A stretch of 64,000 bases of DNA from Pseudomonadota bacterium (GTDB taxonomy: Bacteria; Pseudomonadota; Gammaproteobacteria; Poriferisulfidales; JAYYZZ01), in assembly GCA_036687665.1 (NCBI GenBank), contig JAYYZZ010000003.1, positions 268,318-332,317 on the forward strand, given 5' to 3'. The position numbers and the translations under genes are program-made. Under the pieces are notes generated by a model. The model saw nothing but the letters and a program-made list of their open reading frames with translations. It searched no databases and was not told the origin of the DNA. This document shows positions 43,445-54,119 of the stretch, piece after piece (within the stretch, counting starts at the first letter, position 1; every line of letters starts with the position of its first letter).

Positions 43445-43470
43445 GTATTTTGATTAATTTCACCAAATAA

Positions 43471-44031
43471 TTATAGGCCTAAATCTGTTTCTAGAATTAT
43501 CTGATCAAGAGTTTTTTCACTTTTCAATGCTTTCTTCTCACTACCATACAAATTATCAATAGATTCTTCACCATCAGACTTATCGTTTTCAATTATATCT
43601 ATTACCTCATCCCAATTGATATCATTTGTATTGTTATAGTTTTTGAAGGATTCATCTTCTAGTGTTTCTAGCACTTGCTCCAAAGAGGCATAATCATTCG
43701 GAACTAATCTTTGGATTTTTTCAGCAATATCTCCATCAAAAAAAATTGTGAGTCTCGAAATCTTTGGTTCTTTGTAACTATCTCTTGTTCTAGAATAATA
43801 AAAGTAATCCCATCTATCATTATGGAATGCGTCTATTATCAAAGGGGTCCCTAAAAGAAATCTTATTTGTTTTTTTGTTTGTCCAGCACGGACTTGAACG
43901 ACTTTTTTCTCATCTAACATATTGCCTTGGTATGTTTCTAGACGGTACAGCGTAATCCCTTTTTCAGATAGGCCGCATCCAGAAAACAATAGAGCTGTTA
44001 ATATTACAAATAAAGTGCTTACTTTAGCCAT
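43471..44031 (-). CDS. bamE: outer-membrane lipoprotein BamE (SmpA/OmlA) with acidic C-terminal extension
   Basis: 186 aa. Lipobox LLFSGCG. SmpA_OmlA core (KVVQVRAGQTKKQIRFLLGTPLIIDAFHNDRWDYFY). About 70 extra acidic C-terminal residues. Divergent from fur, as omlA-fur in Pseudomonas. Confidence 0.8.
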   Translation of the reverse strand: MAKVSTLFVILTALLFSGCGLSEKGITLYRLETYQGNMLDEKKVVQVRAGQTKKQIRFLLGTPLIIDAFHNDRWDYFYYSRTRDSYKEPKISRLTIFFDGDIAEKIQRLVPNDYASLEQVLETLEDESFKNYNNTNDINWDEVIDIIENDKSDGEESIDNLYGSEKKALKSEKTLDQIILETDLGL

Positions 44032-44078
44032 ATTAATTAAAAAAGTTTACAAATAAAGGCAATTTTATCTTCTTCTAG

Positions 44079-44100
44079 AGATATAATAAGAACATATTAC
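44079..44100 (+). promoter_or_regulatory. putative Fur box in fur promoter region (autoregulation)
   Basis: AGATATAATAAGAACATATTAC is about 20-40 nt upstream of the fur ATG. It resembles the AT-rich 19-bp Fur consensus GATAATGATAATCATTATC, with a partial match only. Confidence 0.3.
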
Positions 44101-44121
44101 GGCATCAAATGACACTTTACT

Positions 44122-44532
44122 ATGGAATCAAGCGATATAAAAAAAGCTGGATTGAAAGTCACTCTTCCGCGAATGAAGATATTACAGATACTCGAGGCAT
44201 CTGAGCAGAAACATATGAGCGCAGAAGATATCTATAAAGCTCTTATTGAGGAAGGAGAAGAAGTAGGTCTCGCTACCGTTTATAGAGTTTTAACCCAATT
44301 CGCAACCGCAGGTTTAGTTATCAGGCATTATTTTGATGGAACAAGTGCTGTATATGAACTTAATAGAGGAGACCATCATGACCATATGGTTTGTCTCCGC
44401 ACTGGCAAAGTTGTCGAATTTTATGATGAAGTAATAGAGAAGAGGCAGGCGGAATTAGCAAGCGAGCATGGTTTCAAAATTCACGACCATTCATTAATAT
44501 TGTATGGTGAGTTTGATGAAGCAGATGAATAA
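44122..44532 (+). CDS. fur: ferric uptake regulator
   Basis: 136 aa. LKVTLPRMKILQILE...HMSAEDIYKAL and the HHDHMVC metal-site motif. Confidence 0.93.
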   Translation: MESSDIKKAGLKVTLPRMKILQILEASEQKHMSAEDIYKALIEEGEEVGLATVYRVLTQFATAGLVIRHYFDGTSAVYELNRGDHHDHMVCLRTGKVVEFYDEVIEKRQAELASEHGFKIHDHSLILYGEFDEADE

Positions 44533-44545
44533 ATCTTTTAGCATT

Positions 44546-46225
44546 TTATATTTCTTGTAGCGTTTGTCCTTGCTTAATCATTTCTTCCGCATGTGATCGC
44601 GTTTTTTCAGTTAATTTCATACCACCAAGCATTCTAGAGATCTCTTCTACTCTTTCTTTTTTGTCTAGTTTTTTTATAGAGGTTTTTGCATTACTCCCAG
44701 TTTTAGAAACTTGCATATGATGATGTGCTAGTGAGGCTACTTGAGGTAAGTGTGTTACACATAATACTTGGGCTTTTGCAGCAAGTTCTCTGAGATTGCG
44801 CCCGACAATTTCTGCAGTAGCCCCTCCTATTCCAGCATCAACCTCATCAAAGATCATAGTTGGTGTGGTTTTGTCTAATTTTGAAATTACTTGAATAGCT
44901 AAACTTACTCTTGAGAGTTCGCCACCCGAAACAATTGAAGACAATGGTCTATATGGGCTTCCTTGATTAGTTTTTACTAAAAACTTGATATGATCAACAC
45001 CAAATGATGTAAGTTTTTCGTCATTAATTCCTTCAATTGCGACTTGAAACTCGCTTCCTTTCATCCCAAGGTCCTGTAATGCTTCTGATACATTTTTGTT
45101 TAGGTACTGCGCCGTCGTGTGTCGTTTTTTGCTTAATTTATTTGCAAGTTTCAAATATTCGTCTTTCAGGTCATCGCATTTCTTTTGCATGAAATCTGAG
45201 TTGAATTCAGGAGAATCTATCTCTTGTAATTCCTTTGCTAATTGATTAAGAACCTCATTGAGCTCTTCTGGTTTAACGTTATGCTTGCGCGCAACGTCAT
45301 GTATTAAGGTTATTCGTTCGTTTAATCTCTCTAGTTCTTTAGGGTCAGTTTCAAGGGTTTCTAGATAAGACCTAATACCTTGGACTAGCTCATGCAAAGA
45401 ATTTTCGATTGATTGTCCAATATCTAGGTTCGGAGAAATTGTTTTATCTATATTATTTATCTGTTGTAATCTTATTATTGATTCAGAGAATTGTTTGTAT
45501 ATTGATCTTTCCTCGTCATCGTAAAGACTGTGCAAAAGAACATGTGCATTTTCTTTCAGTTCTTGTGAGTTAGATAATTTTTTGTGTTGTATTTCTAAAT
45601 CAGAAAGCTCTGCATTCGTAATGTCCAGTTCTGAAAGCTCTGCTACTTGGAATTTCAACCAATCAACGCGTTTAGAATAGTCATCTTTTTTTATTAAAAG
45701 TTCATCAACACGAGTTTTTAGCTCAACCCACTCATGGTAGATGTTTTCTATTTTTTTAAGAATTGTTTGATTTCCAGCAATCGCATCTACGAGAAGCCTT
45801 TGTTGTCCAGATTTTAATAGCAGCTGATGTTCATGCTGACCATGCAGATCAACTAATATCTCTCCAATACCGGCGACTATTTTTAACGAAGTAGGTATAT
45901 TATTGATATACGATTTTGAGCGCCCATCTGATCGGATTACACGACGCAAAACACATTGATTGTCTTCTTGCATCTCATGACTCTCAAGCCATTCAAGTGC
46001 TTTCCGGTTATTTTCTATATTAAACTCTAAGCTAATATCTGCTTTTTTTGCACCATGTCGAATTACTTCTTGGTTTGCGCGACTTCCCAGCACCATAGAG
46101 AGAGCGTCGATAAGAATAGATTTTCCTGCCCCTGTTTCCCCACTCAAGACGCACATACCAGAGTCTAACTCTAAATCTAATTTATCAATTATTGCAAAAT
46201 CTTGAATGTATATATGTCGTAACAT
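44546..46225 (-). CDS. recN: DNA repair protein RecN
   Basis: 559 aa. Walker A GETGAGKS at the N-terminus. Coiled-coil middle. C-terminal signature or Walker B (LSGGELSRVSLA...MIFDEVDAGIGG). Confidence 0.93.
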   Translation of the reverse strand: MLRHIYIQDFAIIDKLDLELDSGMCVLSGETGAGKSILIDALSMVLGSRANQEVIRHGAKKADISLEFNIENNRKALEWLESHEMQEDNQCVLRRVIRSDGRSKSYINNIPTSLKIVAGIGEILVDLHGQHEHQLLLKSGQQRLLVDAIAGNQTILKKIENIYHEWVELKTRVDELLIKKDDYSKRVDWLKFQVAELSELDITNAELSDLEIQHKKLSNSQELKENAHVLLHSLYDDEERSIYKQFSESIIRLQQINNIDKTISPNLDIGQSIENSLHELVQGIRSYLETLETDPKELERLNERITLIHDVARKHNVKPEELNEVLNQLAKELQEIDSPEFNSDFMQKKCDDLKDEYLKLANKLSKKRHTTAQYLNKNVSEALQDLGMKGSEFQVAIEGINDEKLTSFGVDHIKFLVKTNQGSPYRPLSSIVSGGELSRVSLAIQVISKLDKTTPTMIFDEVDAGIGGATAEIVGRNLRELAAKAQVLCVTHLPQVASLAHHHMQVSKTGSNAKTSIKKLDKKERVEEISRMLGGMKLTEKTRSHAEEMIKQGQTLQEI

Positions 46226-46247
46226 ACCTGTGTTCAGAATCTATGCG

Positions 46248-47114
46248 TTAGATACTCCATGATAATTTTTTACGTAAAATATCTAAATAGTCATGCCCAA
46301 GTGGTTGAGCAAGTTTTAATTTTGCAGAATCTTTACGGATTGTAACTTTATCGCCAAGCTCCAATGGAAAATGGATATGCCCATCGAATGAAACAACAGC
46401 ATCAGCGCGACTGTTTTTAGAAACCATTATTTCAATCTCGTTTTTTGCATTTACGACGATAGGACGGTTGCTTAATATGTGTGGGCTTATTGGGACCAAG
46501 ACTAAAGAGTCAAGAGTAGGCTGTATTATCGGGCCTCCACACGATAGGGCATAAGCTGTTGAGCCTGTCGGAGTCGCGACAATTAAACCGTCAGCAGATA
46601 ATGTATTGAGAGGAGCCCCATCTATTTTGTTATGCAGCTCTATTAACCTAACTGCATCACGGCAATGTACAACAACATCATTGTATGAGTTATTTTGAGA
46701 GACTGTCTTTCCATCTCTTTCAACCTTTGCTTGTAAAGCTATTCTTTCTTCAAGTGTAAATTTACCATTCAATATCCCATCTAGCGCAGCAGTTATTTCT
46801 TTGGGTGAGATATCTACAAGAAAACCTAATCGCCCCCTATTGATGCCGCAGATTGGTATTCCAAGCGGAGCTAAATGTTGTGCAGCCGCCAACAAAGTGC
46901 CATCTCCACCCACGATAATGGCGAGATCTGTATCCTCTTTAATATCTTGTATTTCTGCAACATTGCACCCTGAAGTATCAATCATACTAGAGGCGGCAGC
47001 ATCTACTGTTATATTGAGCTTGTTTTTCGATAAATACCCAATCACCGCGCCTAGTGTTTCAGCGACGTCAGCGTCATTAGGTTTACTTATAAGAGCAACT
47101 TTTTTGAAAATCAT
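46248..47114 (-). CDS. nadK: NAD(+) kinase
   Basis: 288 aa. GGDGT motif (IVGGDGTLL), NRGRLGFL, and DGLIVATPTGSTAYALSCGGP. Confidence 0.93.
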   Translation of the reverse strand: MIFKKVALISKPNDADVAETLGAVIGYLSKNKLNITVDAAASSMIDTSGCNVAEIQDIKEDTDLAIIVGGDGTLLAAAQHLAPLGIPICGINRGRLGFLVDISPKEITAALDGILNGKFTLEERIALQAKVERDGKTVSQNNSYNDVVVHCRDAVRLIELHNKIDGAPLNTLSADGLIVATPTGSTAYALSCGGPIIQPTLDSLVLVPISPHILSNRPIVVNAKNEIEIMVSKNSRADAVVSFDGHIHFPLELGDKVTIRKDSAKLKLAQPLGHDYLDILRKKLSWSI

Positions 47115-47179
47115 TTATTACACCTTCTAGCTTAATTTATATTACACTAAACCTTTAATCAATAAATATTCTATCGAAA

Positions 47180-48232
47180 ATGGCTGAGACGCGCACACCC
47201 AGTACTCAACTTACTGAAAGAGAGCGAAGGCTTTTTAAAGCTTTAATGGAAAGGTTTATTAATGATGGGCAGCCTGTCGGATCAGGAACATTGGCGCGCG
47301 TTCCAGGCATGAATGTAAGCCCAGCAACTATACGTAATGTCATGTCTGATCTTGAGGAGATGGGCTTCATTTATTCTCCACACACCTCAGCAGGAAGGAT
47401 ACCTACAATTAAAGGTTACCGGTTGTTTGTCGACACCTTGCTTAATGTAAAACCTTTAAATTTACATTTGATTGAAGAATTGAAGGATGAGTTATATGAA
47501 TCAAGTGATGATAAAGCACTTTTGAAATCAGCAACAAATCTACTGTCAGACATAACCCAGTTAGCAGGAATTATTACACTTCCGAAAATAGAGCATCAAG
47601 AGTTTAGACAAATAGAATTTTTAACACTATCAAGCAAGCAAGTGCTTGTAATTCTAGTTACCAATGAGAAGGAAGTACAAAACCGTGTTATTGATTTGGA
47701 TAGAGAATACAGTAACTCTGAATTACAAACAGCTGCAAATTACCTAAACGATATTTTTTCTGGCAAAAGTTTGTTATCTGTCAGAAGAACTATTCTAAAT
47801 GAGCTTGATAATGTAAGAGAGAATGTCAATGCTGAAATGCTTTCCGCCATAAAATTAGGACAACGTATATTCAAGCAGGAATCAGAAAGTGATTATGTTA
47901 TATCTGGACAAACTAATCTTATGGAATGTGAAGAACTTTCAAATGTTAACCAATTAAGATCGCTGTTTGATGCTTTTAATAAAAAAAGAGATATCTTGCA
48001 TATTTTAGATAAATGCATTATTGCAGAAGGTATACAGATCTTTATAGGGCAGGAATCTGGTTATGGAGTGTTAGATGATTGTAGTGTAGTTACCTCAACA
48101 TACAGTATTGGTGAGAGCGCAGTCGGGGTATTAGGTGTAATTGGTCCTAAAAGAATGGCTTATGATCGCGTAATACCTGTAGTTGATGTAACAGCTAAAT
48201 TGTTATCTGAAGCCTTGAATTTAAAAACTTAG
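47180..48232 (+). CDS. hrcA: heat-inducible transcription repressor HrcA
   Basis: 350 aa. N-terminal wHTH region typical of HrcA (RERRLFKALMERFINDGQPVGSGTLAR). Heads the hrcA-grpE-dnaK-dnaJ cluster. Confidence 0.88.
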   Translation: MAETRTPSTQLTERERRLFKALMERFINDGQPVGSGTLARVPGMNVSPATIRNVMSDLEEMGFIYSPHTSAGRIPTIKGYRLFVDTLLNVKPLNLHLIEELKDELYESSDDKALLKSATNLLSDITQLAGIITLPKIEHQEFRQIEFLTLSSKQVLVILVTNEKEVQNRVIDLDREYSNSELQTAANYLNDIFSGKSLLSVRRTILNELDNVRENVNAEMLSAIKLGQRIFKQESESDYVISGQTNLMECEELSNVNQLRSLFDAFNKKRDILHILDKCIIAEGIQIFIGQESGYGVLDDCSVVTSTYSIGESAVGVLGVIGPKRMAYDRVIPVVDVTAKLLSEALNLKT

Positions 48233-48292
48233 ACCATACTTAATAGCTTAGTTTTAAATTTATCACTACAAGCTTAGGAGTAAGGGTTAGCG

Positions 48293-48862
48293 ATGAGCAA
48301 TAAAGATAGCCAGAAAAAAGATAAGATTTCAGACGTTTCTAAAAAAACTGCAAAGACCACAAGTGCTGGAGATGCGGTTAACTTAAAGCAAGAGGAATCG
48401 CAAAAGAAACTTGAGCAAGAATTGCAAGATGCGCAAGATCAACATTTGCGAGCCCAAGCTGAATTAGAGAACCTAAGAAAAAGGGGTGTGCGCGAGTTAG
48501 AGAATGCGCATAAATACGGTATTGAGCGCTTCGCAAAAGAAGTGCTTGAAGTTAAGGACAATATCGAGATGGGTATTGAGTCTTTACAGACTCAGAAAGA
48601 TGGCAGTAAACACTTAGAAGGCATGCAGCTTATATTAAACACACTGACCCAGACGCTTGAAAGATTTTCAGTCAAAGAGTTTGATCCTGACGGAGAATCT
48701 TTCGATCCCGAGCAACATGAGGCTATGTCTGCACAAGAAAGCCCCAAACATCCACCTAATACTGTTATCTCAGTGATAAAAAAAGGGTATTTGCTACATG
48801 ATAGGCTATTAAGGCCAGCCGTTGTGATAGTGTCAAAAAACCAAGAAAGTTCAACAGATTAA
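48293..48862 (+). CDS. grpE: nucleotide exchange factor GrpE
   Basis: 189 aa. Coiled-coil N-terminus (LRAQAELENLRKR). C-terminal GrpE motif (VIKKGYLLHDRLLRPAVV). Confidence 0.92.
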   Translation: MSNKDSQKKDKISDVSKKTAKTTSAGDAVNLKQEESQKKLEQELQDAQDQHLRAQAELENLRKRGVRELENAHKYGIERFAKEVLEVKDNIEMGIESLQTQKDGSKHLEGMQLILNTLTQTLERFSVKEFDPDGESFDPEQHEAMSAQESPKHPPNTVISVIKKGYLLHDRLLRPAVVIVSKNQESSTD

Positions 48863-48877
48863 TTTTTTTTAGTGCCA

Positions 48878-48905
48878 CTTGAAATTAACAAAGTACACCC
48901 ATACT
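48878..48905 (+). promoter_or_regulatory. sigma32 (RpoH)-type heat-shock promoter upstream of dnaK
   Basis: CTTGAAA at 48878-48884, a 13-nt spacer, then CCCATACT at 48898-48905. Close match to the sigma32 consensus CTTGAAA-N13-15-CCCCATnT. About 45 nt upstream of the dnaK ATG. Confidence 0.6.
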
Positions 48906-48950
48906 TATGTAGTAGGTTATCGAATTCAATTTATAAGAGGTTATAGGTAA

Positions 48951-50879
48951 ATGGCAAAAATTATAGGTATCGATCTTGGTACAACCAACTCATGTGTATC
49001 GATTATGGAAGGTGCGACACCCAAGGTAATAGAGAATAGTGAGGGCGACCGCACAACCCCTTCCATGGTTGCATACAATGGGGATGAAATTCTTGTCGGA
49101 CAACCTGCTAAACGCCAAGCTGCAACAAACCCCCAAAATACTTTACACGCTATAAAACGATTAATGGGGCGTCGCTACCAAGAAGAAGAGGTGCAAAAAG
49201 ATATTAATCTTGTGCCATATAAAATCATCAAAGCAGAGAACGGTGATGCATGGACCGAGATAAATGGCGAAAAAATAGCTCCGCCTAAGATTTCAGCTCA
49301 CATCTTAATGAAAATGAAAAAGACCGCTGAAGAGTATGTTGGAGATGAGATAAAAGAAGCTGTAATTACTGTGCCAGCTTATTTTAGTGATTCACAGAGA
49401 CAAGCAACTAAAGATGCAGGAAAAATTGCAGGTTTAGACGTAAAGAGGATTATTAATGAACCAACTGCCGCAGCTTTAGCTTATGGCCTAGATAAAAAAG
49501 AAGGCAACAAAAAAATCGTTGTCTACGATTTAGGTGGAGGAACCTTTGATGTATCAATTATCGAATTAGCAGATGTAGATGGCGAACACCAATTTGAGGT
49601 CTTAGCCACAAATGGCGATACATTTCTCGGCGGTGAGGACTTTGACTTGAAAGTCATCGATTACTTAGTTGATGAATTTAAAAAAGACCAAGGAGTAGAC
49701 CTGAAAAAAGATCCGCTTGCTTTACAAAGGCTCAAAGAAGGAGCGGAGAAAGCAAAGATAGAGTTGTCAAGTACAAAACAAACAGATATAAATTTACCTT
49801 ATGTGACTGCAGATGCTAATGGACCAAAACATTTAAATATAAAGCTTACTCGATCAAAACTAGAATCATTAGTTGAAGAGTTAGTTAATAAAACAATTGA
49901 GCCGTGCAAAACAGCCTTAAATGATGCTGGGATCACAGTCAAAGATATAAATGATGTGATTTTAGTTGGCGGTCAAACTCGTATGCCCCAAGTCCAAAGC
50001 GCGGTAAAAAGTTTTTTTAATAAAGAGCCACGTAAAGACGTCAATCCTGATGAAGCAGTAGCAATGGGAGCAGCCATTCAAGCAGGCGTGTTAGGCGGAG
50101 ATGTTAAAGATGTATTATTGCTAGATGTTACCCCACTTTCCTTAGGGATAGAAACAATGGGTGGCGTAATGACGAAATTAATTGATAAGAACACAACAAT
50201 ACCAACAAACACTTCACAAATATTCTCAACAGCAGAAGATAATCAAGTTGCAGTTACTGTCCATGTTTTGCAAGGAGAGCGTGAGCAAGCGAGCGGCAAC
50301 AAAACTCTAGGAAGGTTTGATTTAACAGATATTCCCCCTGCACCAAGAGGCATGCCACAAATAGAAGTAGCTTTTGATATTAATGCTGACGGGATTTTAA
50401 ATGTTTCTGCAAAAGATAAAGCAACAAATAAAGAGCAATCAATAGTTATAAAAGCATCAAGCGGCCTGACAGATGACGAGATCGACAGCATGATCAAAGA
50501 TGCTGAGGCTCACGCTGATGAAGATAAAAAATTTCATGAACTTGTCATAGCCAGAAATCAAGCCGACGCTTTGATTCATGCTACAGAGAAATCAATTGAT
50601 ACGTACAAAGAAAAAATAACAGATGAAGAGAAAAAAGATATAGAAGAGGCAATTAAGGACCTTAAATCTGTTTTAGATAAAGATGACAAAAACGATATTG
50701 ATGAAAAAACAAAGACTCTGACAGAGGTTGCAGGCAAATTTGGTCAGCGCATGTACACAGAAGAACAGGAGAAAGCTCAGCCAGACTCTGATGCTGCTGA
50801 TGATAATGCTTCTAACGATGATGTAGTTGATGCTGAATTTGAAGAGGTGAAAGAAGAGAAGAAAGACAGCGGTAGTTAA
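48951..50879 (+). CDS. dnaK: molecular chaperone DnaK (Hsp70)
   Basis: 642 aa. [22 protein letters not shown], and C-terminal acidic tail. Confidence 0.97.
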   Translation: MAKIIGIDLGTTNSCVSIMEGATPKVIENSEGDRTTPSMVAYNGDEILVGQPAKRQAATNPQNTLHAIKRLMGRRYQEEEVQKDINLVPYKIIKAENGDAWTEINGEKIAPPKISAHILMKMKKTAEEYVGDEIKEAVITVPAYFSDSQRQATKDAGKIAGLDVKRIINEPTAAALAYGLDKKEGNKKIVVYDLGGGTFDVSIIELADVDGEHQFEVLATNGDTFLGGEDFDLKVIDYLVDEFKKDQGVDLKKDPLALQRLKEGAEKAKIELSSTKQTDINLPYVTADANGPKHLNIKLTRSKLESLVEELVNKTIEPCKTALNDAGITVKDINDVILVGGQTRMPQVQSAVKSFFNKEPRKDVNPDEAVAMGAAIQAGVLGGDVKDVLLLDVTPLSLGIETMGGVMTKLIDKNTTIPTNTSQIFSTAEDNQVAVTVHVLQGEREQASGNKTLGRFDLTDIPPAPRGMPQIEVAFDINADGILNVSAKDKATNKEQSIVIKASSGLTDDEIDSMIKDAEAHADEDKKFHELVIARNQADALIHATEKSIDTYKEKITDEEKKDIEEAIKDLKSVLDKDDKNDIDEKTKTLTEVAGKFGQRMYTEEQEKAQPDSDAADDNASNDDVVDAEFEEVKEEKKDSGS

Positions 50880-50896
50880 GAACAAAAAGGTCCAAC

Positions 50897-50940
50897 AAAA
50901 AATCCGCAAACCCATTTAATAGGTTTACGGATTTTTGCAT
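50897..50940 (+). terminator. rho-independent terminator after dnaK
   Basis: About 14-bp stem AAAATCCGCAAACC / GGTTTACGGATTTT (1 mismatch), loop CATTTAATA, trailing TTTTTGC. Confidence 0.6.
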
Positions 50941-50974
50941 AACTAAACAATGAGGTTTCTCGTTAAGGCAAGTC

Positions 50975-52099
50975 ATGGCGAAAGAGGATTACTATAAAAC
51001 ACTTGGTGTAACAAAGAATGCAAGCGATGCTGAAATAAAAAAAGCTTATCGTCGACTTGCAATGAAATATCATCCTGATCGCAACGACGGCAATGCTGAT
51101 GCGGAAGCAAAATTTAAAGAAGCGAAAGAAGCGTACGAAGTATTATCCAGTAGCGACAAAAGAGCCACATACGACCAATTTGGTCACGAAGGTGCGAATT
51201 TTGGCGGTGGTGGTTTTCGAGGAGGCGGTTTTAGTGGTGCTGGGTTTGAAGATATATTTGGAGATATATTTGGAGATATTTTTGGGAATGCGCGGCACAG
51301 CGGTGGGCCTCAAGCATATAGGGGTGCTGATCTTCAATATAATCTCGACATCTCTCTCGAGGAGGCAGCATTTGGTAGTGAAAAATCAATAAATGTTAAA
51401 GTAGGGACAACTTGTGACAGATGTGATGGAACAAGTTCTGAGCCTGGAACAGCCCCTAGCACATGTTCTACATGTAATGGCACGGGACAAGTACGTATGC
51501 AACAAGGTTTTTTTTCGATACAACAAACATGCCACCAATGTAACGGAGCTGGAAAAATTTTAACGTCACCATGTCGTGCATGCAATGGGTTAGGAAGGGT
51601 AAAAAAGAAGAAGAAGCTGATTGTTAAAGTTCCCGCCGGCATTGAAACTGGCCAAAGAATACGGCTAGCGAACGAAGGAGAGTCAGGGTTGAATCAAGGT
51701 CCTCCCGGTGATTTATATGTTCAAATTGATGTAAGAGAGCACCATTTGTTTAAAAGAGATGATAGAAATAATTTGTTATGTGGTGTTCCAATAAGTTTTA
51801 CAATGGCGGCCTTGGGTGGAGAAATTGAGGTGCCAACGTTAAAAGGCAAAGTAAAAATCACCATACCTCCCGAGACTCAGACCGGGAAACTATTTCGGTT
51901 AAGGGGTAAGGGAATTCAAGATATTCGCGGAGGCGCAATGGGAGATATGCTATACAATGTTGTTGTTGAAACACCAGTAAATTTGAATGCTGAGCAAAAA
52001 CAACTGCTTGCCCAGCTTTCAAGTTCATTAGGGCAGCAGCACAGAAAACATAGCCCAAAAGAACAAAGCTGGTTCGAGACATTGAAAAAGTTTTTTTAA
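50975..52099 (+). CDS. dnaJ: molecular chaperone DnaJ (Hsp40, type I)
   Basis: 374 aa. J-domain with HPDRN. G/F-rich linker. Four CxxCxGxG zinc-finger repeats ([32 protein letters not shown]). Confidence 0.96.
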   Translation: MAKEDYYKTLGVTKNASDAEIKKAYRRLAMKYHPDRNDGNADAEAKFKEAKEAYEVLSSSDKRATYDQFGHEGANFGGGGFRGGGFSGAGFEDIFGDIFGDIFGNARHSGGPQAYRGADLQYNLDISLEEAAFGSEKSINVKVGTTCDRCDGTSSEPGTAPSTCSTCNGTGQVRMQQGFFSIQQTCHQCNGAGKILTSPCRACNGLGRVKKKKKLIVKVPAGIETGQRIRLANEGESGLNQGPPGDLYVQIDVREHHLFKRDDRNNLLCGVPISFTMAALGGEIEVPTLKGKVKITIPPETQTGKLFRLRGKGIQDIRGGAMGDMLYNVVVETPVNLNAEQKQLLAQLSSSLGQQHRKHSPKEQSWFETLKKFF

Positions 52100-52109
52100 G
52101 GTTAATTAT

Positions 52110-52862
52110 ATGGCTGTAAAAGTTGCAATAGGCGGGGCTACCGGACGTATGGGTTCAACACTTATCGAGTTAGCTCAGATTGATAAAGATGTAGAACTTA
52201 GTTTAATAACAGATGTGAAAGATAATTTGCATGACAAGCAACTGCAAGGACTAGGGATACCGTTTACTGATGATTTAACTAAACATTTTGATATTTTTGA
52301 TGTTTTCATAGATTTTACGAGACCTGAAGGCACAATGAGAGCTTTGGATGCATGTGTGCTAGGTGGGAAATCTTTGGTAATCGGAACTACAGGATTTAGC
52401 TCTGACGAACATGAAAATATAAAAAAAGCTGGCAATGAAATCTCTATAGTGTGCTCGCCTAATATGAGTGTTGGCGTTAACTTACTGTATGTCTTGATTG
52501 ACGAAACCGTACATAACTTACAAAAAATAAACAATATAAAAGTTATAGATAAACATCATAAACACAAAGTTGATGCTCCATCAGGAACGGCCTTAAAAAT
52601 TGAAGAAGTTTTGAGACATTCCTTGAAAAAGGCACACAATAATGACGTTGAGATTACAGTAGATTCCATTCGAGAAGGGGAAGACGTTGGTCAACATATA
52701 ATAGATTTTAATGCCCAAGATGAGAAAATAACTCTCACTCATGAAGCGAGCAGCCGTCATGCGTTTGCAAGAGGCGCAATCCTCGCTGCAAAGTGGCTAG
52801 CAACAAAAGATACAAATGATAAAGGGATATTCACAATCTCAGACGTGCTATCTGATACTTAA
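52110..52862 (+). CDS. dapB: 4-hydroxy-tetrahydrodipicolinate reductase
   Basis: 250 aa. N-terminal VKVAIGGATGRMG Rossmann motif. DapB core (E.HH..K.DAPSGTA). Confidence 0.9.
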   Translation: MAVKVAIGGATGRMGSTLIELAQIDKDVELSLITDVKDNLHDKQLQGLGIPFTDDLTKHFDIFDVFIDFTRPEGTMRALDACVLGGKSLVIGTTGFSSDEHENIKKAGNEISIVCSPNMSVGVNLLYVLIDETVHNLQKINNIKVIDKHHKHKVDAPSGTALKIEEVLRHSLKKAHNNDVEITVDSIREGEDVGQHIIDFNAQDEKITLTHEASSRHAFARGAILAAKWLATKDTNDKGIFTISDVLSDT

Positions 52863-52923
52863 TTAATGTATTAAGCTATTCCAGTTCACTTATACATCGA
52901 GTAAAATATACTCACTAATCATG

Positions 52924-52958
52924 GCGGGGAGATTTCATCTGAATTCACCCCGCTTTCT
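52924..52958 (+). terminator. putative rho-independent terminator after dapB / ahead of carA
   Basis: Stem GCGGGG / CCCCGC flanking an 18-nt loop, followed by TTTCTATAT. Confidence 0.4.
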
Positions 52959-52982
52959 ATATGTGAGGCTTGGGGGACATCT

Positions 52983-54119
52983 TTGACAAACATAGCATTG
53001 CTAGCGCTTGAAGATGGTAGTGTTTTTAGAGGCCGGGCAATCGGAGTGGAAGGTATTTCTGTTGGTGAGGTGGTATTTAATACATCAATTACAGGATACC
53101 AAGAAATACTATCTGACCCTTCTTATAATCAACAATTAATTACACTTACATATCCACATATCGGCAATGTTGGAACAAATATTGATGATCAAGAATCAGG
53201 TAGTGTTTTTGCAAATGGATTAATTGTTCGTGATATCCCAAAACAGCATAGTAACTGGCGTTCGTCATCATCTATAGAGGACTATTTGTCTCATCACAAA
53301 TTAGTAGGCATATCAAATATTGATACTAGAAGACTCACTGTTTTGTTAAGGGAAAAAGGATCACAAAACGGTTGCATTATGTCAGGTGATGTTAATGAAA
53401 AATTAGCAATAACTAAGGCTAGAGAATTTCCAGGATTAAAAGGCATGGATTTAGCTAAAGTGGTCTCAACAAAATCCTCATATATTTGGGATGAGGGTAC
53501 ATGGAGTATAGATAAGAAAAATAAAACAAAACTTCTCAAACCGCAGTTTAATGTTGTTGCTTACGACTTTGGGATTAAAATGAATATACTAAAAATTTTA
53601 CGCACACTTGGGTGTAAGGTGACAGTTGTTCCTGCGGAAACAAGCGCAGCTGATGTTATGAATTTAAATCCTGATGGTGTTTTCTTATCTAATGGCCCAG
53701 GAGATCCTGAACCATGTAGTTATGCAATTACTGCTATAAAACAAATAGTAGACACGGATGTACCAACATTTGGTATTTGTTTAGGACATCAATTACTTGG
53801 CCTTGCATGTGGCGCAAAAACAGTAAAAATGAAGTTTGGTCACCATGGTGCAAACCATCCAGTTATTGACCTTAGTACAGGTAAGGTAATGATAAGCAGC
53901 CAGAATCACGGTTTTGCTGTGGAAGAGAAAAGTTTGCCTCCCTCTTTGCGGGCTACACATCGTTCTTTATTTGATGGCACATTACAAGGTATTCATCATA
54001 CAAGTAAGCCTGCTTTCAGTTTCCAAGGACATCCAGAAGCAAGCCCTGGCCCAAAAGATGTTGAATCTCTTTTTGAGTATTTTATTAACCTCATTCAGAA
54101 AGCAAAAAAAAATGCCTAA
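52983..54119 (+). CDS. carA: carbamoyl-phosphate synthase small subunit
   Basis: 378 aa with a TTG start. Class I glutamine amidotransferase Cys context (GICLGHQLL). CPSase small-chain N-domain. Confidence 0.93.
   Translation: MTNIALLALEDGSVFRGRAIGVEGISVGEVVFNTSITGYQEILSDPSYNQQLITLTYPHIGNVGTNIDDQESGSVFANGLIVRDIPKQHSNWRSSSSIEDYLSHHKLVGISNIDTRRLTVLLREKGSQNGCIMSGDVNEKLAITKAREFPGLKGMDLAKVVSTKSSYIWDEGTWSIDKKNKTKLLKPQFNVVAYDFGIKMNILKILRTLGCKVTVVPAETSAADVMNLNPDGVFLSNGPGDPEPCSYAITAIKQIVDTDVPTFGICLGHQLLGLACGAKTVKMKFGHHGANHPVIDLSTGKVMISSQNHGFAVEEKSLPPSLRATHRSLFDGTLQGIHHTSKPAFSFQGHPEASPGPKDVESLFEYFINLIQKAKKNA

Noticed and set aside
47115-48950. CIRCE (HrcA operator) upstream of hrcA, grpE or dnaK
   Set aside because: No TTAGCACTC-N9-GAGTGCTAA-like inverted repeat present. 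Only a sigma32-type promoter was found.
53914-54111. Upstream in-frame extension of carB; likewise for leuD (2845), leuB (3476), yejF (35409) and rnfH (43106)
   Set aside because: The extensions overlap the 3' ends of the preceding genes and lack family-consistent N-termini. Canonical N-terminal motifs begin at the internal Met codons used in the feature table.
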